Part shown: piece by piece, positions 11,286 to 22,065 of the stretch | Numbering within the stretch: position 1 is the stretch's first letter | How the letters are laid out: every line of letters starts with the position of its first letter | Assembly: GCA_964035575.1 (NCBI GenBank) | Contig: OZ037847.1 | Location: 1,178,001 to 1,242,000 of the forward strand | From: Rhynchopus sp. YZ270_cl-10 | Lineage: Eukaryota | Direction of reading: 5' to 3' | DNA: 64,000 bases | The notes under the pieces: model-generated | The model's input: the letters and a program-made list of their open reading frames with translations, nothing else | What the model was told of the DNA's origin: nothing | Databases searched by the model: none | Program-made: the position numbers and the translations under genes

Positions 11286-11399
11286 GACATTCCCTCCCCT
11301 TTGAAATACCACCCCAAAACCCATTAAAATCACCCCCCCCGCTATTTCAGTTACACAAAAAAAAATGAAAATGGGTAGGTGTTCACCTAGACCCTTTCG

Positions 11400-12710
11400 A
11401 TGAATCGGTATACAGAATATATTCGCGCGGTGGCGCAGAAGAGGGATCCTTTTCGCGTTTTTTTGGAGTATGTTGGGGAGTGTGAGAAACGAGGACGTGG
11501 ACATACGCTCGATACAAAGGTCTTTTCTGCTGCGATGGCGGCAACTGCACGGAAACGCATGTTTGATGACACCCACGCTATCTATAAGATTATGACCTCA
11601 CGATACTCTGTACAGGCTCCACCGAACATCTTCACCTACAATGCGCTTCTCAGTGGTGCGGACATTTTTTCTGCATCAGAGATTATCGCCAAAATGCAGT
11701 ACGACAATATCCAACCCTCCATACACACCTACAGCATGATGATACGCCTCTTAGTAGGTAGCAATGAACGCTCTGCAGCTATGTTCATATTTAATAGCAT
11801 GAGTCTTCCGTCAGCAACCGTACAGCCTGAAGCAAAAACGCTTCAATCTGCACTGTCCGCGGTGGGTTCCGTCGAAGAAGGTTTGGTGTTCACACGGTAT
11901 CACAAATTGTATCAACCGGCCATCGTTGAAGCGCTATATAAAAAATGTCGAACTCAAGATGATCTTAATAAAGTAGAACTACAGCTTGCGACTGTCCTCA
12001 GCGATGTCGGCGATTTCCGGTCTTTTTACTATAAAATGGAAGCCTGGAACCGCGCTGGATTGCATTCTGATGTGATTTTGATGTGGGACTCCGCTGTTTT
12101 TGATGTTTCTTCTACGGCTGCAAAATGCGATAAAACGATGCTTGCTTCGGTTTTCCTTTATAGCATTGCGTCCATTGATGATGTTTCTGTTATCACTAGC
12201 ACTCGCTTCTTCCAAGGCATCACCACACCTACACCTACACCCTCCATTGAGGATGCGAAGAAAGGGATTGTTGGTGCAGTGCGGGAATATTTGTTGACTA
12301 TGGATGAGCGGGTATCTTCTCGGCAGAAGGGCAAGATGAATAGGATTGCGAGAGCAGAGCTTGCAGTCTTCGCTTCAATAGGCGATGGGAAAGGGGCAAG
12401 GGAAGTGATACGGAACATCCAACGCACGAAGTCCCAGCATCTCACCTACGGCCTCATCACCATGTTCGAAACCGCCGCCATCAACGGCGGGCAGTACTGG
12501 ATGCTCCACGATGCCTACCACCAGGGACGCTCTGCTATGCTCCCCTTAGGCGCAAACCTCCCCTACCCCTGGGACCCCTGGGCCAAACACGACCCCCCCT
12601 CACCTATGGAACCCCGCGAAGCTGAAGAAGACGCCCTCCGAGAACGCCTCTGCACCAATAGATCTCTCGCAAGAAGGCTCCTCTTTGCGAGAGGTTGCCC
12701 TGTGGAATGA
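11400..12710 (+). CDS. Pentatricopeptide-repeat (PPR) protein, probably organellar RNA-binding
   Basis: PPR-like units PNIFTYNALL, MQYDNIQPSIHTYSMMI, VQPEAKTLQSAL. AG acceptor 9 nt upstream of the ATG. Confidence 0.75.
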   Translation: MNRYTEYIRAVAQKRDPFRVFLEYVGECEKRGRGHTLDTKVFSAAMAATARKRMFDDTHAIYKIMTSRYSVQAPPNIFTYNALLSGADIFSASEIIAKMQYDNIQPSIHTYSMMIRLLVGSNERSAAMFIFNSMSLPSATVQPEAKTLQSALSAVGSVEEGLVFTRYHKLYQPAIVEALYKKCRTQDDLNKVELQLATVLSDVGDFRSFYYKMEAWNRAGLHSDVILMWDSAVFDVSSTAAKCDKTMLASVFLYSIASIDDVSVITSTRFFQGITTPTPTPSIEDAKKGIVGAVREYLLTMDERVSSRQKGKMNRIARAELAVFASIGDGKGAREVIRNIQRTKSQHLTYGLITMFETAAINGGQYWMLHDAYHQGRSAMLPLGANLPYPWDPWAKHDPPSPMEPREAEEDALRERLCTNRSLARRLLFARGCPVE

Positions 12711-13091
12711 ATATTTTGGCTTTTTTTTTGAAAAAATGCCTCATATTTGGGGTGATCTGGGGTCTTTTTTTTCAAGATTATTCACTAGCCATTCACAAAA
12801 ATTCACAAATATTCACAAATATTCACAAAAAATCACAAATATTCACAAATATTCACGAAAACCTACACACCCGCGCATCACGTGTGTTTCCGCCTCGTTG
12901 TGAATTTTTGTGAATTTTTGTGTTTTTTTGTGATTTTTTGTGATTTTTTTTGGGTTTTTGGTGTGGTGCATAACCGATTACCCGTGTTTCTACCAGTTTA
13001 AACGACGGCATTTGCATTTCCGGAATCCGCCCGGCCAGTGGTGGGGTCAATTTGCCGAAATGGACAAGTTCTCGTTTTTGGTCAATTTCCG

Positions 13092-13415
13092 CAGTATACA
13101 CAGTATACACAGTATAGTATACACAGTATAGTATACACAGTATAGTATACACAGTATACACAGTATACACAGTATACACAGTATACACAGTATACACAGT
13201 ATACACAGTATACACAGTATACACAGTATACACAGTATACACAGTATACACAGTATACACAGTATACACAGTATACACAGTATACACAGTATACACAGTA
13301 TACACAGTATACACAGTATACACAGTATACACAGTATACACAGTATACACAGTATACACAGTATACACAGTATACACAGTATACACAGTATACACAGTAT
13401 ACACAGTATACACAA
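13092..13415. repeat. (CAGTATACA)n 9-bp tandem repeat
   Basis: Directly visible tandem array. Confidence 0.97.
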
Positions 13416-13434
13416 TACAGTACTGGGGATTGGG

Positions 13435-13609
13435 AGTACAGTACAGTACAGTACAGTACAGTACAGTACAGTACAGTACAGTACAGTACAGTACAGTACA
13501 GTACAGTACAGTACAGTACAGTACAGTACAGTACAGTACAGTACAGTACAGTACAGTACAGTACAGTACAGTACAGTACAGTACAGTACAGTACAGTACA
13601 GTACAGTAC
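13435..13609. repeat. (AGTAC)n 5-bp microsatellite
   Basis: Directly visible tandem array. Confidence 0.97.
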
Positions 13610-13871
13610 TGCAAACCCAAAAAAAATCACAAACCCTGCACTAGCGATTCACATAAATTCACAAAAGTTCACAAAAATTCACATAAATTCACATAAATTC
13701 ACAACACCTGCAGAAAACCTTCACATAAATTCACAAAAATTCACAAAAATTCACATTCATTCACAAAAGATCCCACACATGGTGTATCACGTGTGTTTTC
13801 GCCTCGTTGTGAATTTTTGTGAATGGCTGGTGAATAATCTTGAAAAAAAAGTCCCCAGATCACCCCAATAT

Positions 13872-16578
13872 CACGGATGCTGCCAGATCTGGCCAGATCT
13901 CCAGATCTGGGCCGCCCAGATCTGGCCAGATCTGGGAAAATTTTTTTTTTTTTTTGAAAAAAAAATTTTCCCAGACGTCCCAGATCTGGCCAGATCTGGC
14001 CAGATCTGGCCAGATCTGGCCAAATCTGGGAGATCTGGGACGTCTGGGAAAAAATTTTTTTTCCAGGTACCCCCAATGACATAACGAAGTATCGCTTGAA
14101 GTACCGTTCAATATACGTTGCTCGTGTGTGCAAGTTACGAAGTAGGACACAAGGTATATCAAACGATAAATCAATCAGATAAACGTTACATCATTGGAAA
14201 ATTGTTGGCACCGCCGCCCTGTCTTCGTATTTATTACGTCGACAGGCCAAACAGCGTTGGGCTCAGAAGAAGCAGTGCAAGACACTGGGGATCAACATGA
14301 GAACCAACTCCCAACAACACAGGCTACCGAAGTAGCAGGTGGGGTGTTGCGGGTGTTTGGGGTGAAAGAAAATCGATTTTGGTAAGTTACAGCAGAAAAT
14401 TCTTAAGTTTGCACAATTGAGAAGGGTGTTACCACTGCCTAATATTATTCGTACATGTGAACCGGTAAGGTCGAGAAGGGTGGACACGGCATACAAGTAC
14501 AAGTACAAGTAAGACGTACCTTCTACAAAGGCTGAATTCGCAATTCTTAAGGGATTGAATTCAGCCCCCACGTGGTGTTTTTGAGAAAATCATTCCATGG
14601 TATACAGCTAATGGTTCCCGAAGAATGATTCGCCCCTCCTCGTTCATGCAAACTTAAGAAAATTCTGAAGTAACTACAACCTGGCGTGCGGGTACAGATG
14701 CATTGCTTTGTTCTTTCCTCAAAGTCATGTGTGATCTCTCGGGTCTGTACTAAAGTCGGTGTTTAGATAAGCATCCACTTGACTCGTTCTAACAACCGTT
14801 GAAATCTAGAACAAAACAATACACTGCCCCTTCTTACACCAAGCCGCCATGCTTCAAGAGCATGCCCTGGGCAAAAATTACTCTGACAAAAATTGGTTTT
14901 CTGGGGGAACGCAATATTTTCTTGTGCCTAGTCCTCCGCAAGAGCAGAGGACAGACTTTCCGGATCCCGAAGTCGAATTTCTTGCACTAGCTATGCTCCC
15001 TGGGTTAAATGGCTATAGCAGTGACTGACTAAGAGGTTCATAATAATTAGGGTGGTCTATGGGGTGGGTTAATGGAAAAGTTGGTATATAAACCCGACTT
15101 TTACGATCGCCACCTGGTTTTGAAATAATTGCACCAGCTCTTCCGTCGGCACTGCTTCGCTGTCACGATGAAGGGTCGTCGGTTCGGGTACCTGTTAAGA
15201 GAAATTGAATGTAAAAGTAGAGACTACAACAAAAAAACAAACAAACAAACAAACAAGAAGCCGCCCCGTACCCCTTAAACGTAAAAGTGACATTTTTGTT
15301 GACAAAAAAAAAAAAAAAAAAAGCTAAAAAATAGCGGACATGTCGAAAAGGGAGAAAACCGGGGGGTTAAAAACATACCTTGCACTCGGCCCACTCTCCA
15401 GGTACAAAGAACATCACTGCACGACAAACCCACTACTACGATAGAAAATAACTATTTTTTACCGAACAGAAAGGTCGTTTTATTGATGAGTGTTTTCAGC
15501 GTCTGAGTGCACACTCAGTGGGGACAAAATGCAACACTTACCGAAAAAATTCTCCAATCGGACAAAAACCTTTCTAAACACCCAAAAAAAACACCTCAGT
15601 CCACATCCGCGGGGTCGCGAGATGGAAATATATGGTTTTACAGCTTTTGGGGGGTCTAGCGTGGGTCCCAGATGCATTTTGCAACGGGTCTGTGTGTGTG
15701 CCTCAACCGCTTCACAGTACCCTTTTTTGTAACTGAAAACGACGCATCCTGTACCTAAGTGCACTGAAGCCTTGCTTGCGTCCTCCTTCGTGGTTTTGGG
15801 CGTTCGCATGCGAGAATCATTATCGCATTCTCACATGTAATTCTCGCATCACGGAGAGGATTTTAGCGTTACGTGACCACAAAAAAAGTGCACAAAATTA
15901 GTTTGGTCAAAAATCACCTTGCACTTGTGAAGGAATTGCTAAGGAAATGTGAAATAAGCGTGTTTTGGTACACAAAAGTGCGTTTTGGGTGGTTCTGAAG
16001 GGTCAAAACACCAAAAAAATGCGCTAAGAAAAAGTGGAAATTGTGGGCCCCTGTAGTGCATATGGCGGTACCCCAGATCGTCAAAACACCCGACTCTTGC
16101 GTTTTTTTGCACTTTTTGGTGCACAAAAACCCTACTCAGGGGTCAAAATTTTCCCGGGAAAAAAAAATTTTTTTTTTCGAGATTTTTCAAAAATCGACTT
16201 GTCTTTGGTAAAAACCACGAAATTTCGGGTTCGCAAAACCACGTTTTAGACCCCCACAGATGCTCAAAAGTGCCAATTTTTGCTTTAAATGGCCTCAAAT
16301 CGTCGAAATTAGCCCTATATAGGGGCGAAAAAAAAAATTCGAGAGTCCCTTTCCCTGGGAGACAATAGCCAGAAATCTGAGGAAAAAAAAAAACTGGCCA
16401 GATTTCCAGATCTGGCCAGATCTGGGGGGTTTTTATTTTTTTTTGAAAAAAAGATTTTCCCAGATTCCCAGATCTGGCCAGATCTGGCCAGATCTGGAAA
16501 CAAGATCTCGACATCTGGAAAACGAGCCAGATCTGGGAAATTGGCCCCCAAATCTGGCCAGATCTGGCAGCATCCGTG
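13872..16578 (-). mobile_element. 2.7-kb DNA transposon with 6-bp TSD and decayed hAT-like transposase remnants
   Basis: TIR CACGGATGCTGCCAGATCTGGCCAGAT at both ends. CAATAT on both flanks (13866-13871, 16579-16584). Arrays of palindromic CCAGATCTGG near both ends. Confidence 0.88.
14385..15414 (-). pseudogene. Decayed, spliced transposase-like gene inside the 2.7-kb element
   Basis: Minus-strand ATG at 15414, a 12-codon exon, then a GTATGT...AACAG intron (15378-15192) that keeps frame. Downstream fragments SQVDAYLNTDFSTDPRDHT*L*GKNKAMHLYP and ANSAFVE resemble the hAT dimerisation domain. Confidence 0.5.
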
Positions 16579-16717
16579 CAATATTATTGTACATTTTTTT
16601 TTCCAGACTGATGTCTCACGTTGATAGATCCCCCTCCCCTCTTCTCCTCACCCTTTTTTTTCAACCGGTTTATTAAAAACACCTTTTTTTACTGCATTTT
16701 TACAGAAAAAAACCCCC

Positions 16718-17650
16718 ATGATGTTTATATACTATGTAGTAGGCGGTGTTGGAGCTGCAGTACTGCTTCGTGCAGTGTGGGGGAATTGGAGACACAAGGA
16801 TGCAAAAAGGCGGGTTGATGGCTTTTATGCAAAACATAGTGCAGTTATTAGCGCTGTAGAGACTCCGTTTGGGAGTGTGACGGTGCTCAACGCCAATTCG
16901 GGTGCTTGCAGCTCGAAGCCTTCCCTTTTCTTTGTCCACGGATCTTGCGCTAGAATGGGTCAATATGAGCACCAGATCGAACATTTTATTGCAAAGGGAC
17001 ACCATGTTGTAGCGCTGGACAACCTAGGATGTGGGGAAAGCGACAAACCTGATAACTATGATGCATACCATCCATCGCAGTTTATTGATACCGCTGTTAT
17101 GATTGCCGAGAAAAAGCTTGATGGAAAGAAGATTGTCATTGTTGGCCACTCCTTCGGCTCGTATGTTGCATGCAGGGTGACTGAACGGGTTGAAAGCATT
17201 GCAGGTTCGGTGCTGCTCGGTATCAGCGATTTTGATGAATTGAAAAAGGCGGAGTGGGTTTTCAAACTTCCTCGTCCAGTTTTGTGGATGATGCGTCCTC
17301 TGTTGGGGCGTGGGTTCCAAACCAAGGCCTTGTACAAAGGCACCGGAAAGGAGCTTAGAATGCAAGAAGCGGAGGCGTCTAGTCGAAACCCGGTTTTCAT
17401 GTTTTCTGCGTTTTATAGAAATCTTTGTAGGGCAGAGATTGTGGTGGCGTTTCCCGAACGGCCGACATTGGTGATCTCAGGAAGGCATGACAAGGTGACT
17501 CCTGTCGACGCTACGTCGACGTTGGTGGAACAGTACGACTTTGCGTACCACAAAATTGTGGAAAATGCGTCGCACCAAATGATGCAAGAAGAACCAGAAG
17601 TGACCAACCAGCACATCGATGAGTTCATCTGCAAGCACGTAACAATGTGA
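16718..17650 (+). CDS. Alpha/beta-fold hydrolase with N-terminal membrane anchor
   Basis: FFVHG, DNLGCGESD, nucleophile elbow GHSFG, acid GRHD, catalytic His in ASHQ. Confidence 0.92.
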   Translation: MMFIYYVVGGVGAAVLLRAVWGNWRHKDAKRRVDGFYAKHSAVISAVETPFGSVTVLNANSGACSSKPSLFFVHGSCARMGQYEHQIEHFIAKGHHVVALDNLGCGESDKPDNYDAYHPSQFIDTAVMIAEKKLDGKKIVIVGHSFGSYVACRVTERVESIAGSVLLGISDFDELKKAEWVFKLPRPVLWMMRPLLGRGFQTKALYKGTGKELRMQEAEASSRNPVFMFSAFYRNLCRAEIVVAFPERPTLVISGRHDKVTPVDATSTLVEQYDFAYHKIVENASHQMMQEEPEVTNQHIDEFICKHVTM

Positions 17651-18703
17651 CGTTTTTTTTCGAACTCCGGCTGGGGAAATGACATCCCTGACAACAAACT
17701 TGTGGAAGCCAACACAGCGTTTGCTCCGCGATAACGAATGTGATAAGGTGACAAAGAGGCTTATGGGTCATCTTATAAACCTTTCTTTTTTCTTTTTTTT
17801 TTTGTGAGGGAATTGGAGGTGGCATCCACAGCTGTATCGTTTCTGATTTGGTGTGTTGAGAGTTCGGAGGTTTCGTGCCCCCCATTGTACCAACAATGTT
17901 ATGTATTGTGCCCTCTGAGTTCAATCATCAGCAGAGACGCAGTACCCTGTAGAGGGTATAGCGTTCTATGGCAAATTTCTTTTCAAGGTGGAGCGTAGGG
18001 TTATCTTATGGACCTTTTGTTTTTGAATGCCTGTGAAGAAGAAATATTGCAGGTCATTGTGAGTTGGAGAGGAACAGTGTCTGCAGAGGGGGGGAAAGTG
18101 TTAATTACAGAGAAAAGCAGCGGCTGCGATCAGCGTCGTGCCAATCTAGATTTGTTACCGTGTTTAGAAAAAAAAATATGGACCAGAAAAAATAGGTCCA
18201 TAAAAAAGAATCTCAAAAAAGTTCAATAATTATTCTGTTAGAAAAAAATAACCCCCCATCCCCCCGTGACTAGCCCAGCAACTGTTGCTACGTTGTGTTG
18301 TGCGTGGGGGTGGGGGGTTTTTTGACGCATCTTCGAAATGTTCTCTAATTTATTTCTCGTGTGCACGAGAGGCACATTCATCTTACAAATTTTCTTTATT
18401 TGTTTGCCCCGTCAGGTGAGGGCACATTTTCCGATTTTTCTTTTTTCAGAACGCAGCAATGTAGAGAGGATGTATCTTTGAGACCTTCTTTACTGCAACA
18501 AAAAGCAACTGTTGGTGAGTGCAAAATATTGCCTCAAAAAAGTGGAAGCTGTGTAGGTATTCGTGCAGGATGCACTCACCATGTGGTGCTGCCTCCACAG
18601 TAGGTACTCGCCACCAAAGTACAAACCAAATGCTTGTTTATTTTGTTCTTCCTTATGCTGCCCCCACGTCTCTCTGCCCGACACCCACCACACACCTTCA
18701 GGG

Positions 18704-18831
18704 ATGATACCCATCCTCCGAGCGTGCGGGGGGCACCAACTATGCTTGCAGAGCGTCCGGCGGTGGCAGTCGGGTACCCCTTCGGATGATGCGCAGCAGC
18801 CACAACAACGTCAACAGCTACACCCACAAAG

Positions 18832-18927
<96 letters not shown>

Positions 18928-19849
18928 CCCCGCCCCCAACCGCGACCGCGCCCGCCGCGTACATGCACACGAACGCCGCTCCCCACCCCAACAATACAAA
19001 AATCCAACCACCACGAAAGCTTCCCCCTTCACAGAAGCAGTCACCGCATGGCAGGGCAACAAAGGGGCCGAGCTCGGCACCACAGCCTGGAATGCACGCG
19101 AGCACCCACCTGCACACGCGTGGCGCCCACCCCACGACTCAGGCGGCACATCATGGAAGGACAAACGCGCACGCAACGAGATGCAGGGTGCGTGGTCGGG
19201 GCGGAAGGAGGACGAGGTGCGGATGCTGTCCTCTTGGAAGGGGACGGGGGGTGCGTGGACGTGGCGGGTGGTCGACTCTGAACTGCGGTTGGACCGGCAT
19301 GGCTTTGATGTGACACGCAATGCGCAGAGCAAGCCTTGGTGCTGTGCGCTGGGCGGGGCACACTTGCAGACCGGCTTCCACGAATGGGAGATACGCCTCA
19401 CTGGCAACACCCGGGCTGTCCGCGTTGGCGTTGTTGCACGCGACATCACCGGTGTGCACGACAATCTAGCGTGGGGACGGCACACCCCTAAAGCATGGGT
19501 GCTGACGGACATGGGGTCGCTCTGGCACAACGAGAAGCTGACTGCACGGTGCCAGCCCTTCCGCACCTCAGGCGACATCATCACTATGTACTGCGACATG
19601 GACACACAGACGCTCCGCTTTGCCATCAATGGCGTGAAGCAGCCAGACGCAGGATTCAACCACCTTCCCACAGCAGGCGTCCTCCCTGTCGTCTGCTTCA
19701 GAGAATCTCCCGTCACAGCTGAAATGCGCCACGTCATCTCCACAGTCGACGCCACCGACACTGGACCAATCCTCAACTCCGTCCCCGTCCGGCGAGGTCA
19801 AATTGAAGACTTCCCCAAAAATCTCCCCATGCAGTATCAACAACGTTGA
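18704..19849 (+). CDS. PolyQ + SPRY (B30.2)-domain protein, possibly mitochondrial
   Basis: SPRY motifs GFHEWEI, VRVGVV, GDIITMYCDMDTQTLRFAING, LPVVCF. The ATG at 18704 follows a CAG acceptor and starts a presequence-like MIPILRAC...VRRWQS. Confidence 0.8.
18833..18927 (+). repeat. (CAACAG)n coding microsatellite (polyglutamine)
   Basis: Alternating CAA/CAG codons in the SPRY ORF. Confidence 0.95.
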
Positions 19850-20277
19850 AGGGTGTACCTAGACCTGGTCACCTAGCGCACCGTGTGGCACAACTCTGAC
19901 GAGGAAGCCCTGTGTTTTTTTTTCTTCTTTTTCTGGGAAATTTTTTTTCACACACTGAGAACGCCGTTCTTGCAGACACTATTTGCACCCCCATTCACCT
20001 CCCCCTTCTCTTTTATTTCACCCTTTTCATCCACCAAAGTCCAGGTAAGGTTAGCGACTCTGGTCTGGTCGACTCGCATACTGCACCCCAGGGAATCTGG
20101 CCGATTTGCAGTGATTTTTTACAGAACCCACTTTGGTGTTTTCAATGTCACAAAAACCCTTCCTTTTGTTACAGATCTACCCCCCATCCCCTATCAAGAT
20201 CAAATACACACCATCCAGCCCACCCTTTTTGACAACGAAAACCCCGGTGGGTGACGGGTGGCGGGGGGTTGTGTGAT

Positions 20278-22065
20278 ATGCACTTCCCTCGGCTGGACCT
20301 CTGCTCTTCCTCCTCCTCCTCAGCTTCTTCTTCTTCTTCTCCCCCCTGCTTCTCTCCCTCCACCCGCGCTGAAACGAAGCACCATGTTGCACGACGATGG
20401 CGTGGACGCCGTACACGAGGGCTCAACTGGGGGCTTTCTGTGATAGGCATTCTTGGGGTTGCTGCGATTTTTTGCATGCCGATTGAGGATGGTGTGATGG
20501 AAACGCAGTTGGAAACGCCACAGAGACATCTTCTACAGTCTGCACCGGACACTCCAGCACCAACAAATGGAACGAATGGGTCTGACGAGGGGTCTGAAGG
20601 GGATATCTACCCGCCATCGCTTTTTTCTGATTACTCTATCATACGGGGAGGGTTTTTGCTGTATTTGCTCGGAATTTTGTATATGTTTCTTGCGTTGGCG
20701 ATAGCATGCGACGATTATTTTGTTCCGGCATTGGAAGTCATCATCGATAAACTCAATCTCAGTGAGGATGTAGCTGGGGCAACTTTTATGGCCGCAGGGG
20801 GGTCGGCACCCGAGCTTTTTACCTCGCTTTTGGGTGAATTCGTTGCGAAATCTAACATTGGGTTTGGGACCATCGTTGGCTCTGCAGTATTCAATGTGAT
20901 GTTCGTCATTGGCGCCTGCGCGTTTGCGACTCGAAGTATTGCTCCAGACGGACTTCCCTTAACCTGGTGGCCCCTCTTCCGCGATTCTACATTTTATGCT
21001 ATAGATTTAGGCCTTTTAACCTATTTCTTTTCGGATAAAATCATTAAGTGGTGGGAGTCCGCGATTCTCTTTGCGATGTACATTGTGTATGTCATATTCA
21101 TGTCACAGTCGGAGAAGATCTATGAAAAAATAGAAGGGCACAAACACATCAGGCATGACCATCATGGTGGAGACCGTGATGCGCCGAAGGGGACACAGTC
21201 GTTTGCAAAGCTTTCGACGTTCTATGAAAATGAGATGAAGGTGCCGCTGAAGCAAGAGAAATTTTCGCAGGAACACAACATCGAGCATGTAGGGGGTGTC
21301 AACATCTTGACAGAGCCTGACAGCAGTCTGGAAGGCTCCTTCGATCGAGATCAAAACCATGTCAATCTTCTTCTTGGGGGTTCGCCCAAAGGAGTGTCAC
21401 CTCTCGCAAAAACGGAACAAAGCTCCGAATCCGACGAAGAAAGCGAAGAAGGAGAACCATGGGACCCCTGCCCGCTTCCGGAAGGGGGTTGGGAGAAATT
21501 CAAATACGGCGTGCTCTTCCCGATTAACTTCTCTCTTTGGCTCACTGTCCCCAACTGCGCGCGCGAGGAGAAGAAAAAATACTTCGCGCCATCGTTTTTT
21601 ATGTGCATTGTGTGGATTGCTTTTTTTACCTACTTCATGGTGTGGTGGGCTGAGTCTTTGGGGAAGGCCATCTCTATTCCGTCGGAGGTTATGGGGTATA
21701 CCCTTTTGGCAGCAGGAACTAGTGTACCTGATTTGATTACAAGCGTATTGGTAGCGCGTCAAGGTAAAGGTGATATGGCAGTGTCCAGCTCAATAGGCAG
21801 CAACATCTTTGATGTGACCTTCGGCTTGCCCATCCCCTGGTTAATCCGTGCCTTCACAGATGAGCTCAAAGAAAAGACAGTTGAAAGCAAATCCCTGGGC
21901 GCATCGGTAGCTATGTTAATTTTGATGCTCTTCCTGATCATCGTTTCCATCGCCTTAATGGGTTGGAAACTGGATGTCAAACTCGGAATATTGTGTCTAT
22001 TTTTGTATTGTGTTTTTGTCTCTATTTCTTTGTTGCTCGAGTATGAAGTTATTGAAATGTTTTAG
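20278..22065 (+). CDS. K+-dependent Na+/Ca2+ exchanger (NCKX/SLC24 family)
   Basis: Alpha-1 repeat DVAGATFMAAGGSAPELFTS...GTIVGSAVFN. Alpha-2 repeat LAAGTSVPDLITS...GDMAVSSSIGSNIFD. Start uncertain; first in-frame ATG used. Confidence 0.93.
   Translation: MHFPRLDLCSSSSSSASSSSSPPCFSPSTRAETKHHVARRWRGRRTRGLNWGLSVIGILGVAAIFCMPIEDGVMETQLETPQRHLLQSAPDTPAPTNGTNGSDEGSEGDIYPPSLFSDYSIIRGGFLLYLLGILYMFLALAIACDDYFVPALEVIIDKLNLSEDVAGATFMAAGGSAPELFTSLLGEFVAKSNIGFGTIVGSAVFNVMFVIGACAFATRSIAPDGLPLTWWPLFRDSTFYAIDLGLLTYFFSDKIIKWWESAILFAMYIVYVIFMSQSEKIYEKIEGHKHIRHDHHGGDRDAPKGTQSFAKLSTFYENEMKVPLKQEKFSQEHNIEHVGGVNILTEPDSSLEGSFDRDQNHVNLLLGGSPKGVSPLAKTEQSSESDEESEEGEPWDPCPLPEGGWEKFKYGVLFPINFSLWLTVPNCAREEKKKYFAPSFFMCIVWIAFFTYFMVWWAESLGKAISIPSEVMGYTLLAAGTSVPDLITSVLVARQGKGDMAVSSSIGSNIFDVTFGLPIPWLIRAFTDELKEKTVESKSLGASVAMLILMLFLIIVSIALMGWKLDVKLGILCLFLYCVFVSISLLLEYEVIEMF

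Larger units (their letters stand above)
12748..13867. mobile_element. Non-autonomous TIR element containing microsatellites
   Basis: ~60-bp TIRs TGGGGTGATCTGGGG(T/A)CTTTTTTTTCAAGATTATTCAC... and subterminal ATTCAC repeats. Probable 5-bp TSD ATATT once the adjacent nested element is removed. Confidence 0.8.

Noticed and set aside
11101..11390. Extra 39-codon basic first exon for the PPR gene (donor 11218, acceptor 11390)
   Set aside because: In frame, but the donor GTGACA departs from the GTAT donors seen elsewhere. The AG at 11390 is more simply the trans-splice site. Needs RNA-seq.
12853..13696. ORFs such as (CTVLY)n, (YTV)n and (QYSTV)n
   Set aside because: Translations of microsatellites.
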